A DNA stretch of 64,000 bases, from NCBI RefSeq assembly GCF_009914755.1, contig NC_060938.1, one strand, 5' to 3'. Position numbers and translations under genes: made by a program. Origin of the DNA: the human T2T-CHM13v2.0 reference genome, Homo sapiens. The notes beneath the pieces are model-generated. The model made no database searches and was not told the origin of the DNA. It was given only the letters and a program-made list of their open reading frames with translations. This document shows positions 26,537-40,380 of the stretch, one piece after another. Position 1 is the stretch's first letter, and every line of letters starts with the position of its first letter.

Positions 26537-27551
26537 AAACCAAACGCTCCAACAATTTTAAGTGGCGACTGGCAACCAATGGTGATAGGACATACGTGTG
26601 ATTGTTTCATTTCTGCCTATAGCTACACCATTATTCTCTCTGGGTCTTAGTTTATGGCTTTGTAAAAAATTAGATGACCACTGCAATTATTTCTAGCTTA
26701 ATAATTCTAAAATTTATGATCTATAAATAATCTATTCCTACCCCTGATGATTTTCCCTTTTTTGGCATTTAGCAGGCTTGATAATTGCTTCTTTATTTAG
26801 CTCTCTCTTGTGAGAGATTCTGCTTTTAAGGGGACAAACTTACCTGTTTTGTTAATTATTTTATCTCCAACAGTTAGCACAGTGCCTGACATGTAGTAGT
26901 CTCTTAAAAACTACCTGCAGAACTGTAATGTATTGGCTTAACAAATGAATAATACCCAATGTATTATTATAGAGAAGATAATAGAAGTCAATTAATTTTA
27001 AAGTTTTTAAATAAAATTCTATTTGCCCTAAAGCAATGTATTTTCTGTATAAGTTATGTACCCTCTGGAATTAAGTGAATAAGTCCCTATGTATCCAATA
27101 TTACACTCTTGCCATTTTTATTTATATATCTGTCTTTTCTACTAGAACTTCTTAGCTATTGGAAGGCCTATCTCTGGCCTTTGGTATCTAACATATTTTT
27201 TTGGCCACATATACTAGAATACTCTACAATTTTCCATTGAAAGAATCTCAATTATATACTTATAAATATAATTGTCTTAATTCTTCAAAATTAATTTTGC
27301 TTATATCCTTTTCATTTGACTCTTGGATCTATGTCAATACTGATTTCTAAAGGTTTCATAAAATAGAGTCAGCCTTTATGGCAAACATATTGTTGTCTAG
27401 GTTATAGTACACAGACCAGCTGGTATTTTTCAATGACATGACATCTTGATTAAAGGTGTAGAAGATGCTATCCTGTGAAAAGGCTTTGAAAATGTGGGTT
27501 CTGTGTCTGTATATTTTTATATACATATACCGAAACAGTATTTTGTTCCCA

Positions 27552-28239
27552 TGTTCTCTTAGAACAAGATCATTTGTATGTGAATTTTCTTCTACCTCTT
27601 CCATCCCTAAGACAGCAAGACCAAGTGCTCCTCTCTTCCTCCTCAGCCTACTCAATGAGAAAACAAAGATAAAGACCATTGTGATGGTACACTTCCACTT
27701 AATAAATAGTAAGGATATTTTCTCTTCCACATGACTCTCTTTTCATTTCTTTTTTTATTTGTTTGTTTTTGAGACAAAGTCTCACTCTGTCACCCAGGCT
27801 GGAGTGCAGTGGCAAAACATGGCTCACTGCAGCCTTGACCTCCCAGGCTTAGGCAATCCTCCCAACTCAAGTCTCCTGAGTAGCTGGGACTACAGGCACA
27901 TGCCATCATGCCTCACTAATTTTTAAATTTTCTTCTGTAGAGATGAGGTGTCCCTGTGACGAGCCCAGGCTGGTCTCGAACTCCTGAGGTCAAGAGATCC
28001 TCCCCTCTTGGCCTTATGATTTTCTTCATAACAGTTTCTTTTCTTTATCTTACTTTATTGGATATAATACATACAACATACAAAATATGTGTTAACTGAC
28101 AATTTATGTTACTGGTAAGACTTCTGGTCAACAGTAAGCTATTAGTAGTTAAGCTTTGGTGAAGTCAAAAATTATACATGGGTTTTCGACTGTGTAGGGT
28201 TCAGTGCCCCTACCCACTGGGTTCTTCAAGGGCCAACTG
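27552..28239 (+). mobile_element. Tigger2a/MER28 DNA transposon interrupted by Alu
   Basis: gacagcaagaccaa..cctcagcctactcaa and terminal ttcaagggccaactg TIR. Confidence 0.8.
27740..28014 (-). mobile_element. AluJ, 5'-truncated, inserted in Tigger2a
   Basis: ggctcactgcagccttgacctcccaggct..aatcctccc J diagnostics. Confidence 0.88.
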
Positions 28240-28579
28240 CACAATTAATTCATGATATGGAGTTAGAAGGGTAGAATAAAGGACTTCAAAGTGCCTTCCT
28301 AAGTCTAAACAACTATGAAATAAGAGAAAAATTTTTCTGTCCTGACCACAGAAAATTGTTCAAGACATACTTTAAGTGAAAAAAGTAAGTTGTAAAACTG
28401 TAGGTACATAGTGGTAGTATTTTTTGTAAACATACAAGATTTTAAATTTATTCTTATTTCTAATATTTAAAGAAAAACATACAAAATGTTAAAGTCGTTC
28501 ATTACCTAGTTGGAAATTCACTCAAATAGGAACATCCTATTTGTAATTGCAACCATTTGCTTAAGAAAATAATGGTAAT

Positions 28580-28810
28580 CACTTATAGAGTGCTCCATTC
28601 AAGCATTTTTAGGAACATTAACTCATTTAATACTCACAACAACTCTACAAAGTGATGGTCATTATCACCTCTTTTTGCAGACGAAGAAATTGAGGTAAGA
28701 AAAGCAACTTTCTTGCTCAAAGTCACATAGAGCTAATGATTAGTGGAGCTGAGCTTCACAGATAGATTCTTTGGCTCAGAGGCCAGTTTTCTCCAAGCTC
28801 ACTTCCTACA
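28580..28810 (-). mobile_element. MIR
   Basis: ctcatttaatactcacaacaactc..ttttgcagacgaagaaattgagg..aaagtcaca. Confidence 0.75.
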
Positions 28811-29529
28811 CTATGCTGCCCTATGCTCTTCCCTCGGCAGCCCACTCCAAACATTAACCTGATGTTTATGCTAATCAACAATTTGATTTTATATTTACTT
28901 ACTATCCATGTATTTTACAAATAATGCTTTGAGCACCAATTATGTGCAAAACACAGCTTTATCTCCAGTAACTGGTAAGTCCAGCTTTTCAGTTTGTTCC
29001 CAGTAATAGCTAGCCAAAAATTTATCAGTCCTTCTCCCGATCCTGATCTAGTCATTTCACACCCATTTCTAACATCACCAATATTGGTAAAAAATAAGAG
29101 GCATTTGAAGGCTGCTGGGAGAGATATAAAGGCACCTACTTCAATAACCTCCAGAAGGCTGCAATTTCCCAAACTCCTTTCAGGCAACTCAAAATGCTCG
29201 TGTATTAGAATAGGTACTGTATGCATACCTACAGTGAATTGTTAGAAGAGACTACTGACAGGTATAGGAGGTTGAGCTAGATGACTCCTCAGGTTCATCC
29301 AGATAAGTGTGGAAAGAGCCAGTTACTTACTAACTGCCTTGGAAAGAACAGCACTTTCCCCAGGAATGAAGACTAGTAATAAGGTCAACAAACTGCAAAA
29401 ACCAAATGACTCCTCCCTTTATTTTTTAAATAAAAGAAGTATTTAAAGCTGTATTAAGGTTTCCAAAGGAAATAAGAAGAAAGGTTAACAGGAAAGAACA
29501 AAAACCCATTAATTCTGAAGCAGGTAATG

Positions 29530-29531
<2 letters not shown>

Positions 29532-29575
<44 letters not shown>
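29532..29575. repeat. (AC)22 microsatellite
   Basis: Perfect 44-bp array. Confidence 0.97.
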
Positions 29576-29577
<2 letters not shown>

Positions 29578-30012
29578 GGACGTATCAACAAAAAGCCAGA
29601 TGATCCCTAGGAGCATAATAGGTAGCAGAGGGTGAGGCTGCAGTCCTTGGTTTGAAGAATAGGAAGATTCCCCATAATCTATCCGATGCCTATGGCCAAA
29701 GCAAGAAGTTACTGCTATATTGTGCGATCCTCAGTTATCAAATGGGCATTGTACATATTTTTCTGTGTTGGTGTGTTTTTCTGTGAATAAAAATTACTTT
29801 CTACCATGTAATGTTAAGGCTATACTTCAGGCTGTATCTTAACCAGTGTCTTTTGGTCTCAGGACCATTTTGGCCACAAGGAAAATTTAAACCTTGCAGG
29901 ACAAGAGGTGCTGCGTCTGCTGAACCTGCATCTTTGGGATAAGGGTAGTATTTAAACGAAGGAGTCAACTGTGGAACTCCTCCGGGTGTGGAGACAGAAA
30001 TAAAATAAATAG

Positions 30013-30341
<329 letters not shown>

Positions 30342-30369
30342 CTAGTTTCAGATGTTTAACATCAGTACA

Positions 30370-30370
<1 letters not shown>

Positions 30371-30407
<37 letters not shown>

Positions 30408-30937
30408 CTTTAAGTTCTGGGATACATGTGCAGAATGTGCAGGTTTGTTACATAGGTATACACGTGCCATGGTGGTTTGCTGTACCCATCAACTCGTCAT
30501 CTACATTAGGTATTTCTCCTAATACTAACCCTCTCCTAGCACCCCCCACTCCCTGATAGGCCCCGACGTGTGATGTTCCCCTCCCTGTGTCTATGTGTTC
30601 TCATTGTCCAACTCTCACTCATGAGTGAGAACATGTAGTGTTTGGTTTTCTATTCCTGGGTTAGTTTGCTGAGAATGATGGTTTCCAGCTTCATTCATGT
30701 CCCTGCAAAGTACATGAATACATCCTTTTTTTTATGGATGCATAGTATTCCATGGTATATATGTGCCACATTTTCTTTATCCAGTCTATCATTGATGGGC
30801 ATTTGGATTGGTTCCAAGTCTCTGCTATTGTGAATAGTGCTGCAATAAACATATGTGTGCATGTGTCTTTATAGTAGAATGATTTATAATCCTTTGGGTA
30901 TATACCCAGTAAAGGGATTGCTGGGTCAAATGGTATT
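30371..30937 (-). mobile_element. 5'-truncated L1PA (PA7-like) with (TAA)n tail
   Basis: (tta)n atactttaagttctgggatacatgtgcagaatgtgcagg reverse 3'UTR. Confidence 0.92.
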
Positions 30938-31657
30938 GTTAAATAAGTGAAAAAATAAATAAAAAAAATAAATATAACATATATTATACAAGGAGTAGGA
31001 GAGTAAAAAGGATGAATTTATTTTACAAAAAAATGAGAAACATCAGACGGAATAATAGGAATAGAAAATTATAACATAAAAAGCATGCCTCTTTCCACAT
31101 CTTATATAAGCCTCACAGAAGAGAGAATATCATGTTAGAAAGTTTAGGAAAATAGATTAATGAAAGAAGACAATTTTTTCTGTGAATTTGCAGAAAATCA
31201 TTGCTAGATAGTAGCCACAAGGTAATAATTTAGACAGGGCAAAGCTAAATATAAAATTATATTTTTTAAAAGTTATGTGACAAATCTTTAATATCTAATT
31301 GAATTTATACGGTTTTATAGTAATAAAATAAGTCAAAATTCGCAGATGGCTGGCATCATGCAAACTATATTGTCTGGGTTTTGTTTATTTTTGTTCAGCT
31401 TGGTTTGCTTTATTTTTTAATATAATTTCTGAGCATCAGATAATTGTAAATCTTATTAGTGGCTAGAAAACAAAAACAGTTTGCTTAAAAGCAACGGAGT
31501 ATTAGGTTTATCAAAGTAATTTTAAAATTTTTGTTGTATTTCTCTAATAGCAAGATTGATTTGAAAAAAAATTCAATTAATGCTGCTATAAGAACTCAGA
31601 AAAAAATTAGTATATTTGGTGATATTACCATTGCCTAAAAACCAAAAGTAAATTTAT

Positions 31658-31787
31658 GTTTCCCTTCCTTCCTTCCTTCCCTCCCTTCCTCCCTCCCTCC
31701 CTCCCTTTCTTCCTTCCTTCTCTCTCTTTCTTTCTTTCTTTCATTCTTTCTTTTTTGTTGTTGTTGTTGTTTTTTTTTTGTTTTTCA
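31658..31787. repeat. Compound (CCTT)/(CCCT)/(CTTT)/(GTT) tract derived from Alu tails
   Basis: Directly visible. Confidence 0.9.
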
Positions 31788-32063
31788 TGGAGTCTCGCTC
31801 TGTCACCAGGCTGGAGGGCAGTGGTGCGATCTCGGCTCACTGCAACCTCCGCCTCTGAAGTTCAAGTGATTCTCCTGCCTCAGCCCCCCGAGTAGATGGG
31901 ACTACAGGCACGCACCACCATGCCCAGCTAATTTTTGTATTTTTTAGTAGAGACGGGATTTCACCATGTTAGCCAAGATGGTCTCGATCTCTTGACCTCG
32001 TGATCTGCCCGCCTCAGCCTCCCAAACTGCTGAGATTACAGGCATGAGTCACCACGCCTGGCC
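31788..32063 (-). mobile_element. AluSc inserted into the tail of the adjacent AluJ
   Basis: ctgtcaccaggctgg and gatctcttgacctcgtgatc Sc diagnostics; (tctt)n on both sides. Confidence 0.88.
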
Positions 32064-32371
32064 TCTTTCTTTCTTTCTTTCCCTCTTTCACAAAATCTTG
32101 CTCTGTCACCCGGGCTGAAATGCTGTGGCACAATCACAACTCACTGCAGCCTCCACCACTGGCACTCAAGCAATCCTCCCACCTCGGCCTCCTGAATAGC
32201 TGAGACTACAGGCATGTGCCACCACACCCAGCTAAATTATATATGTATATTTTAAAGAGATGTGGTTTTGCCATGTTGCCTAGGCTGGTCTTGAACTCTT
32301 GGGCTTCAGCAATCCACCCACTTCAACCTCGCAGAGTGCTGGGATTACAGGCATGAACCACCATGCCCAGA
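32064..32371 (-). mobile_element. AluJ
   Basis: ctcactgcagcctc..ctcaagcaatcctcccacctc. Confidence 0.88.
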
Positions 32372-33159
32372 CTCATGTTTGACCACAATTCTTATGGCCT
32401 CTTTACCTTCTTCAGAGTTTATTGTTAAGACAAGACAGAGAGTAACTTTAGGCTACATTTTTTTTTAGAGAAACAGTTTTAGATTTTTCTGTAAACAGTA
32501 CAGGAATAAGCTGAAGTCCTACGGAGTAAGACACTTATTTCACTTATTTACTGAAAAAAAGTTCACAAGATTCTTCTTTGTATTTCTTTTGTGTTGCAGA
32601 TCCTGTCAATAAAGTGTTGATAACTAGAGAAGGTAATAGGAGACAATACATCTGTAACCTGTCACTAACATGGCAAGGAAACAGACCCTCACACTATTGA
32701 AAAGCTAAAAGAGAACACCCACAGACTATTATGATTGTATCCAGAAGTCCTGAAGAAATTGTTTAAAAAGCATCAGAATGACATGGGTAGAGACACAAGA
32801 TTATGAAGGAAATTCTGGAGTGTGGGAAAGGTCTTAATTCATTGTATCTGTAGTGTAGCTTGACATTAGATTAGACACTGAGTCAATGTATTCCTACCCT
32901 TGGACTATAGCAAAAGACAAAAACACCAGCATGGAGCCATCTATCAGAATACTTTACTGCTAAAGGCAGAACAGTTCTCTGGAACTTTCAGGGAGCAGAA
33001 TACTCAAAACTTGGAACAGACCACATGATACAATCCAAGCTGGCTTCAGGGAGCAAGACTGCCGTTGGTGAATTCTGGATTATGCTGTATTTTTAAAGTT
33101 TTATTATTTATTTGTTTGTTTACTTACTTATTTATAATTTAATGAGTTAATACACTCTT

Positions 33160-33492
33160 TACTATGGACTGAATGTGTATGTACCCACAAAGGTCATATG
33201 TATAAACGTAATTCCCAATGTGATCGTATTAGAAGGTGAGGCCTTTGAGAGGTTAATTAGGTCATGAGGATGGAGCCCTCATGAATGGGAATAGAGTTCA
33301 TAGAAGGGACTGAATCGACTAGAGTTCTCTTCTTCCACCATGTGAGAGGACAGTGGGCCCTCACCAGACACCAGATCTTCCAGCACTTTGATCTTGGACT
33401 TCCCAGCCTCCGGCACTGTGAGAAATGAATTTCTGTTGTTTATAAACCACCCAGTTCTAAGTTTTTTGTTGTAGCAGCCTGAAGAGACAAAG
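33160..33492 (+). mobile_element. MLT1A-like MaLR LTR
   Basis: ctatggactgaatgtg..ccctcaccagacacc..gatcttggacttcccagcctcc..ctgtgagaaatgaatttctgttgtttataa. Confidence 0.85.
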
Positions 33493-33649
33493 AAAGTTTT
33501 CCACACAGATATGTGTCTTTTGTTAAAAAAGAAGAAGAGAAGAAGAATTTAAGATATTGTGGCAATTTTAAGGCATAGGCACAAATTCCTTGGCCCTTTG
33601 TCCATTGAAAGATGGGGTTTATGTCTTCATCATCTGAATCTGGGAGGAG

Positions 33650-34210
33650 CTGCATCTCCATGGATACCACTACCATCCAGGCCACTATTATTATCTCACC
33701 TGAAATATATCAGTCACTTCTTACTGGGTTGATCTGCTTTCATTCTTTCTTCCCCTGTGGTCTATTTTTCTTACCAGATAAAAAATAATGTTTAAATATA
33801 AGTCAAAGTACACTAATTATATCCTTGCTTAAAAGTCTCTAATAGCTTCCCACTACTCTTGTCTATTATGGAGCTTTAAAATGCCTACAGAAACTTTGAC
33901 TTTCATATATGTTTGGTTTTCTGTCCTAGAATTCTTCATTGCAGTCCTTGCTTCAGGGCCTTTTCACCTACTCTTCCATCTACCTGGAAAATTTCCCTTT
34001 TATCTCCTGCCTCATACATCTCACCAAAATCTTCACATGGATCAGGTCTTTCTCATCATTCAGATCTCAGCAAGATAACTCTGTCTGTATTCCTTGTGTT
34101 CTCCACTAAAATGTAAGCCTCATAAGAGGTTAGACTTGATCCATCTCATGCCCTGTTGTATCTTCAAAAGTTAGAACAGTCCTATTACAGTGTAAGCACT
34201 CTATTATATT
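33650..34210 (+). mobile_element. L2 fragment
   Basis: caggccactattattatctcacctg..tagcttcccactactct..aaatgtaagcctcat. Confidence 0.65.
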
Positions 34211-35546
34211 TAGTACATAATTTTTTTAAAAAAACACTTGACGTTGTCTACTATATAACTCATTACCCCCGAAGTATACGTACTACATCCTGAACATTGA
34301 TATATGGGAGATGAATAAACCATCGTACAATTCTTAGATTGTTGTTACTGTCATTAAAAGTACAGCTACCACAAATAAATATCACTTGTTTGCTGTTTCA
34401 CAAAAAGCACACCAAGATGTTCAAATTTCCCATAAATCATTCACACTCACACTTGGATAGATACCAAATTGTTTGGAAGTAAAACAATCTCACTCAAGAC
34501 AAAAGAACGTTTCTTTAAAATCTTCAGATTAAAAAACACAATCAACATAAAGAAAATGCTGTCACTGCTTATTAGTTGGGTGTCCTTGACAAGAACTTTA
34601 ACCTGTTATTGGGTTTGTTCCAACTAAAAAATAGGGAAGTTAATAGTATTTGACTCAGAACAAGGTTGGTTTCTCTTGTATTATTATTATTATTATTATT
34701 ATTGGTGGTGGTTTGCAGGAAAGGTGCTACTGGAAATAAGGGAAGAGGCTATAGTTTCCCAGAGTGACCTTTCCCTCACCCCAGCTATTCTTCCTTCTTC
34801 CTCTACTGCCATGATCTGGACAACTTCACTTTCAATCCAGATTTGTAAGATGGTAAAATAGTGGTCACTTTTTACTTTATCAGGCCATTTTACAGCTAAA
34901 GGGAAAGTGGATAGGGAACATACTTTGATTAAAGGTAGGATACAACATAGAAAATCTAGAATTCATAAATACTAGATTCTCATGAAGTACACAAACATTG
35001 TTAACAATAAGATAATCTTATAATAAATAAGAAATAAATTACTAATTTTATTCAGGCAAACCACTTTCAGAACAGAATAGGGTTGTGATATATTTAATTG
35101 TGACAGCATCTTTTCACATAAAATATAATCATAATACACACACAAGTCCCTTCTCAAAAAGAACAAAAGAATAATTTAATCACAACTTTGCATATTTCTG
35201 TTCATGTGAACTGGCTATTCCATTTTTCATAATCTAGTAAGCTCCTGATAGCAATAAAGGTTTAAAACTATGCAAGAAACATGCAGAATTTTAAAAAATT
35301 GAATCTGTTAATTTACTATGTTTTTACTGCAAATTGAGACACACTGACATTATACCATTTTGGTGATGAAACACAAGTGCTTACAGGAGCACAGTTTGGG
35401 AGTAACAACCTGAATTCAAAGCTTGACAGATATGAAAATGCTAAACAGATCTGTATGTTAGAATACAGCAAGAACTGGCAAAGGAGTGAGGAGAAGGAAA
35501 AGGTGAGAGTGATTTCTCAATAAAGGAAGAAAATAACATGTACACG

Positions 35547-37863
35547 TGTATTAGTCCATTATCACACTACTATAAAGAATTACCTGAGACTGGGTAATTT
35601 AGAGAGGAAAGTGGTTTAATTGACTCACAGTTAAGCGTGGCTGGGGAGGCCTCAGGAAATTTAACAATCATGGCAGAAGGCGAAGCAAACATATCCTTCT
35701 CACATGGTGGTACGAGAGAGAAGAATGAGAGCCGAGCAAAAGGGGAAGTCCCTTATAAAGCATCAGATCTCAAAAGAACTTACTATCATGAGAACAGCAT
35801 GTAGGAAACCACCTCCATAATTCAATTACTTCCCACTGAGTCCCTCCCATGACATGTGAGGATTATGGAAACTACAATTCAAGATGAGATTTGAGTGAGG
35901 ACACAGCCAAACCATATCATTCCACCCCTGGCCTCTCTCAAATCTCATGTCCTCACATTTCAAAACACAATCATGACTTCCCAACAGTCCCACAAAGTTT
36001 TAGCTCATTCCAGCATTAACCCAAAAGTCCAAGTCCAAAGTCTTATCTGAGACAAGGCAAGTCCCTTCCTCCTATTAGCCTGTAAAATCAAATGCAAGTT
36101 AATTACTTCCTAGATACAAAGAGGGTACAGACATTGGGTAAATACACCAGTTCCAAATGAAAGAAATTGGCTAAGACAAACGGGCTACACACACCATGCA
36201 AGTTCAAAATTCAGTAGGGCAATCATTAAAACTTAAAGTTCCAAAACAATCTCCTTTGTCTCCATGTCTCACATCCAGGGCATGCTGATGCAAGAGGTGG
36301 GTTCCCACGGCCTTGGGCAGTTCAGCCCTTGTGGCTTTGCAGGGAACAGATCCCTCCAGGCTGCTTTCATGGGCTGGTGTTGAGTGGCTGTGGCTTTTCC
36401 AGAAGCACGGTGCAAGCTGTTGGTGAATCTACCATTCAGGGATCTGGAGGATGGTGGCCCTCTTCTCACAGCTCCACTAGGCAGTGCCCCCATGGAGACT
36501 CTGTGTGGGGGCTCCAACTCCACATTTCCCTTCCACACTGGCCTAGCAGAGGTTCTCCATGAGGGCTCTGCCCCTGCAGCCAGCTTCTGCCTAGACATTC
36601 AGGCATTTCCATACATCCTCTGAAATCTAGGCAGAGGTTGCCAAACTTCAATTATTTTCCTCTGTATACTCACAGGTTAAACAGCACATGTAAGCTGCCA
36701 AGGCTTGGGGCTTGCACCTTCTGAAGCAATGGCCCGAGTTGTACATTCGCCTCTTTTAGCCATGGCTGGAGCTGAAGCAGCTGGGATGCAGGGCACCATG
36801 TCCTGAGGCTGCATAGAGCAGGGGGGCCCTGGGCCTGCCCCACACAACCATTTTTCCCTCCTAGCCCTCCAGGCCTGTGATGGGAGAGGCTGCCATGAAG
36901 GTCTCTGACATGCCCTGGAGACATTTCCCCCACTGTCTTGGTGATCAACATTTGGTTCCTTGTTACTTATGCAAATTTCTGCAGCTGGCTTGAATTTCTC
37001 CTCAGAAAATTGGTTTTTATTTTCTATCACATTGTCAGGGTGCAAATTTTCCAAAATTTTATGCTGTGTTTCCTCTTGAATGCTTTGCTGCTTAGAAATT
37101 TCTTCCACCAGATACCCTAAATCATCTCACTCACACTCAAAGTTTCACAGATCTCTAGGGCAGGAGCAAAATGCCACCAGTTTCTTTGCTAAAGCATAGC
37201 AAGAGTTGCCTCTCCTCCAGTTCCCAACAAGTTCCTCATCTTCATCTGAGATCACCTCGGACTGGACGTCATTGTCCTTATCACTATCAGCATTTTGGTC
37301 AAAGCCATTCAAGAAGTCTCTAGGATGTCCCAAACTTCCCTACATCTTCCTCTCTTCTGAGCCCTCCAAGTTTCTAGGAAGTTCCAATCTTTCCCACATT
37401 TTCCTACTTATTCTGAGCCCTCCAAACTGCTACAGTCTCTGCCTGTTATCCAGTTCCAATTTTCGGGTATTCTTATAGCAGAGCCCCATTACCAGTACCA
37501 ATTTACTGTATTAGTCCATTCTCACACTGCTATAAAGAACTGCCCAAGACTGGGTAATTTATAAAGGAAAGAGGCTTGGGTGGGAGGCCTCAGGAAACTT
37601 ACAATCATGATGGAAGAGGAAGCAAACATATTCTTCTTCACATAGCAGCAGGAGAGAGAAGAATGAGAGCTGAACAAAGGGGGAAGTCCCTTGTAAAGCC
37701 ATAAGATCTTATAAGGATTTACTGACTATCAGGAAAATGGCATGAGCGAAACCTCCCCCATGATTCAATTACCTCCCATCGGGTTCCCTCCCACCACATG
37801 TGGGGATTATGGGAACTACAGTTCAAGATGACATTTGGGTGGGGACACAACCAAATCACATTA
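35547..37863 (-). mobile_element. Full-structure THE1 (C/D-like) MaLR provirus: LTR 35547-35919, internal 35920-37506, LTR 37507-37863
   Basis: Two co-oriented LTRs around a 1.6-kb THE1-int with fragmented ORF (MEEISKQQSIQ..PAAEICISN..); TSD ACACG/ACATG. Confidence 0.94.
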
Positions 37864-39532
37864 ACATGTGACATATTACCCATTTTAATTTTGCAAGAAA
37901 ACAGAAAACAGAATTCTGAAAGGTTGAAGTATCTAAGACATTAAAGAGATTGTAAATTGACAAAGGGAAAAAGGATATACCAAATTTTAGGCAAAGCGTG
38001 GTAGTATGAAGGAAAACAGTATCTCAGAGGAAGAGCTTGGAATGGGTTTGACTAGACAAACAACCCTCCAGGGAGTCACGGGAGATGAAAGAGTGGTGGC
38101 AGGGGACTGATTGTGTGCCTTACAGGTAGTGGGATCCAACAGGTGCTTTTATGTAAGATATAACATGATCAGATTTGTGTGTTCATTGTAGGTGTTCAGA
38201 TTCAGGTTGTTAACACTTAGATTTGTCCCTTGGCCCTATGCCTGCATCTTCAGAAGCTTTTCAAAATTTATATGCAACTACTTTCTTCACAGGAAGTTTT
38301 CCTAGGCCCTAACTTCTCCCTCCTCTTTTTAATCCTCATTTTCTTTTCAGCTTCCCCAATTTCCATAGGATGAAGTTTCACTGAAATTAAATTTTTCATC
38401 TTTGCCTTGTTACTTAAAAATGATAATTTGGTTTAATAGGTGCATTAGCTTTTATTCTGTCATCTGCTTGTCATAGTACCTCATATTTTCACATTCCTTG
38501 GTCCTACCCAATGCAGTTCTAACATAAAATAAGCTTCCAGGATATTATTCTTATATCTGAGCAGTGTAGGCATGTTAGTCCTGCTTGTCTGGTAAATGAG
38601 ATCATAGAATAAGTATTACTGGAAACCAGTATTGGCATATTTGTATAGTCCAGGTGTTAACTGATGTTATCCCATCTTTTGAGACTTTTACATAAAATTA
38701 AATTGACCCATTTCCTGCATCTTCCCTTCCCCTACCCCACTCTCTACATTTAGTGGGAAGTTTGATGCCCACCTCCAGATTCCTACAAATTCCTCAAAGT
38801 TTGGGTTATTTTAATGGGCCTTTTTTGGTTTTAAATCAAATTTCTTTTTTTTTTTTTTTCTGAAGCCCTGATCTTATATCTCACTCTGATGACTATTTTA
38901 TTCAAGCCCCACAGCAACCTATAATACCTTCCTTTAAAACTGACGTGGCCAGGGCATGATTAACATGGAGTATGTGTGGGAGACTACTGAATTTTGGGAT
39001 GGTTTGAGAAAGGGGCTATGATTACATCATAGGAGTATCAATATTACCAATCAAAAAATAAAATATTCAATATGCCTGCCCCTAAATGTCTTTCCGTCAC
39101 TTTCCTTCCACTCCAGTCAGGAATTTATCCACGAGTGACACTCACCAACAGTACCCTTTGCTCCTATGACCCTTTCTTTCTCCTGTCTCACCCCATTTCT
39201 CTGCCTACATTTCTCTGGTCCTCCTTACTTGTAGTAGCAGTACATTTATCCAGTTTATCTATTTGCTTCTTTCTTTCCAAACACAGCATGCACGGAAGTA
39301 TGCATCTTGCACACTTAAAGAAGATATGCTAAACAAAATGTCATTTCTCTGGAAGGAAATTCTGATACTCCATTAGGAGAAGAGGTGATTTTACATAGTT
39401 GTGACTTTAAATATAACTTTTTCCTTCTTTATTATAGTTTGATTGAGTTGGTTTGTAATTTGGAAGGAAATCGAATAACACTTTTTATTAAATGTAACAA
39501 ATCATAAAATGGTAATTTAATTAAAATTAGAG

Positions 39533-39772
39533 CCAGAAAGAAAGAGAGAAAGAGAGAAGGAAGGAAGAAAGGAAAGAAGGAAGGAAGGAAGACAGGAAGA
39601 CAGAGAGGGAGAGAGAAAGGAAGAAAGAAAAGAAAGAAAAAAGAAGGAAAGAAAGAAAGAAAAAGAAAGAGGAATGAAGGAAGTGAGGAATGGAAGAAAG
39701 GGAAAGAAAAAAAGAGAAAAGAGGGGGGACAAGATGAAAAAGGAAGGGGATAGGAATGGGGAAAGAAAAGGA
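39533..39772. repeat. Polypurine (GAAA/GGAA) low-complexity tract, about 240 bp
   Basis: Almost pure A/G on the + strand. Confidence 0.92.
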
Positions 39773-39879
39773 TATATACAGGAACAGTTAGGTTAAGAGA
39801 GCCCAAGTTTGAAAGTTAGCTTAGTTGTGAGTAACAACACTACTTTGTTGTGGCTTGCAGTATTTGTACTCCTCTGTTC

Positions 39880-40380
39880 AAAGCACTCTAAATAGCTTCC
39901 TGGCTTAGAATAAAAGACAATGTCATTTCAATAGACACCATGGCTCTGTGTTTCTGCTCCCCTTGCTTGTCAGATCTTATCTCCTACACTCTCATAGCCC
40001 ACACCAGTCCTCTCACAATGACATTTTCCTCGGTAATATTTGTGTGATCTCACCTCAGAGACCTTTCCCTTGCTGTTTTCTCTTGTTTTGCCTCGGATAT
40101 TTACATGTGTCACTCCTTTGCCTCCTTTAGATTTTTGCTCAAATATCAGCTTCTTACAAAGATTTTCCTAAACATTTAATTGGATCTTATTTACCCCTTG
40201 ACAACTTCTTCCAGCTCTCTCCACCTACTACTCTTATATTTTATTATATATGTTTATTGTCTGCATCCCCTCATTAGAATGTTCATGAGGACAGGAATTG
40301 GCATCATTTTGTTCATAAGTGGTTTGCCTAGAACTGTGCCTGGCCTATAGAATTACTTTAACGCAATTTTTGTAATTATT
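39880..40380 (+). mobile_element. L2 fragment
   Basis: cttagaataaaa..cacctcagagacctttccc..ctagaactgtgcctggcctatag. Confidence 0.6.

Noticed and set aside
36269-37478. Cluster of ORFs up to 143 aa
   Set aside because: Fragments of the decayed THE1 internal ORF and its antisense frames.
39432-39806. Phe/Leu/Ser-rich 'membrane' ORFs
   Set aside because: Translation of a low-complexity pyrimidine strand.
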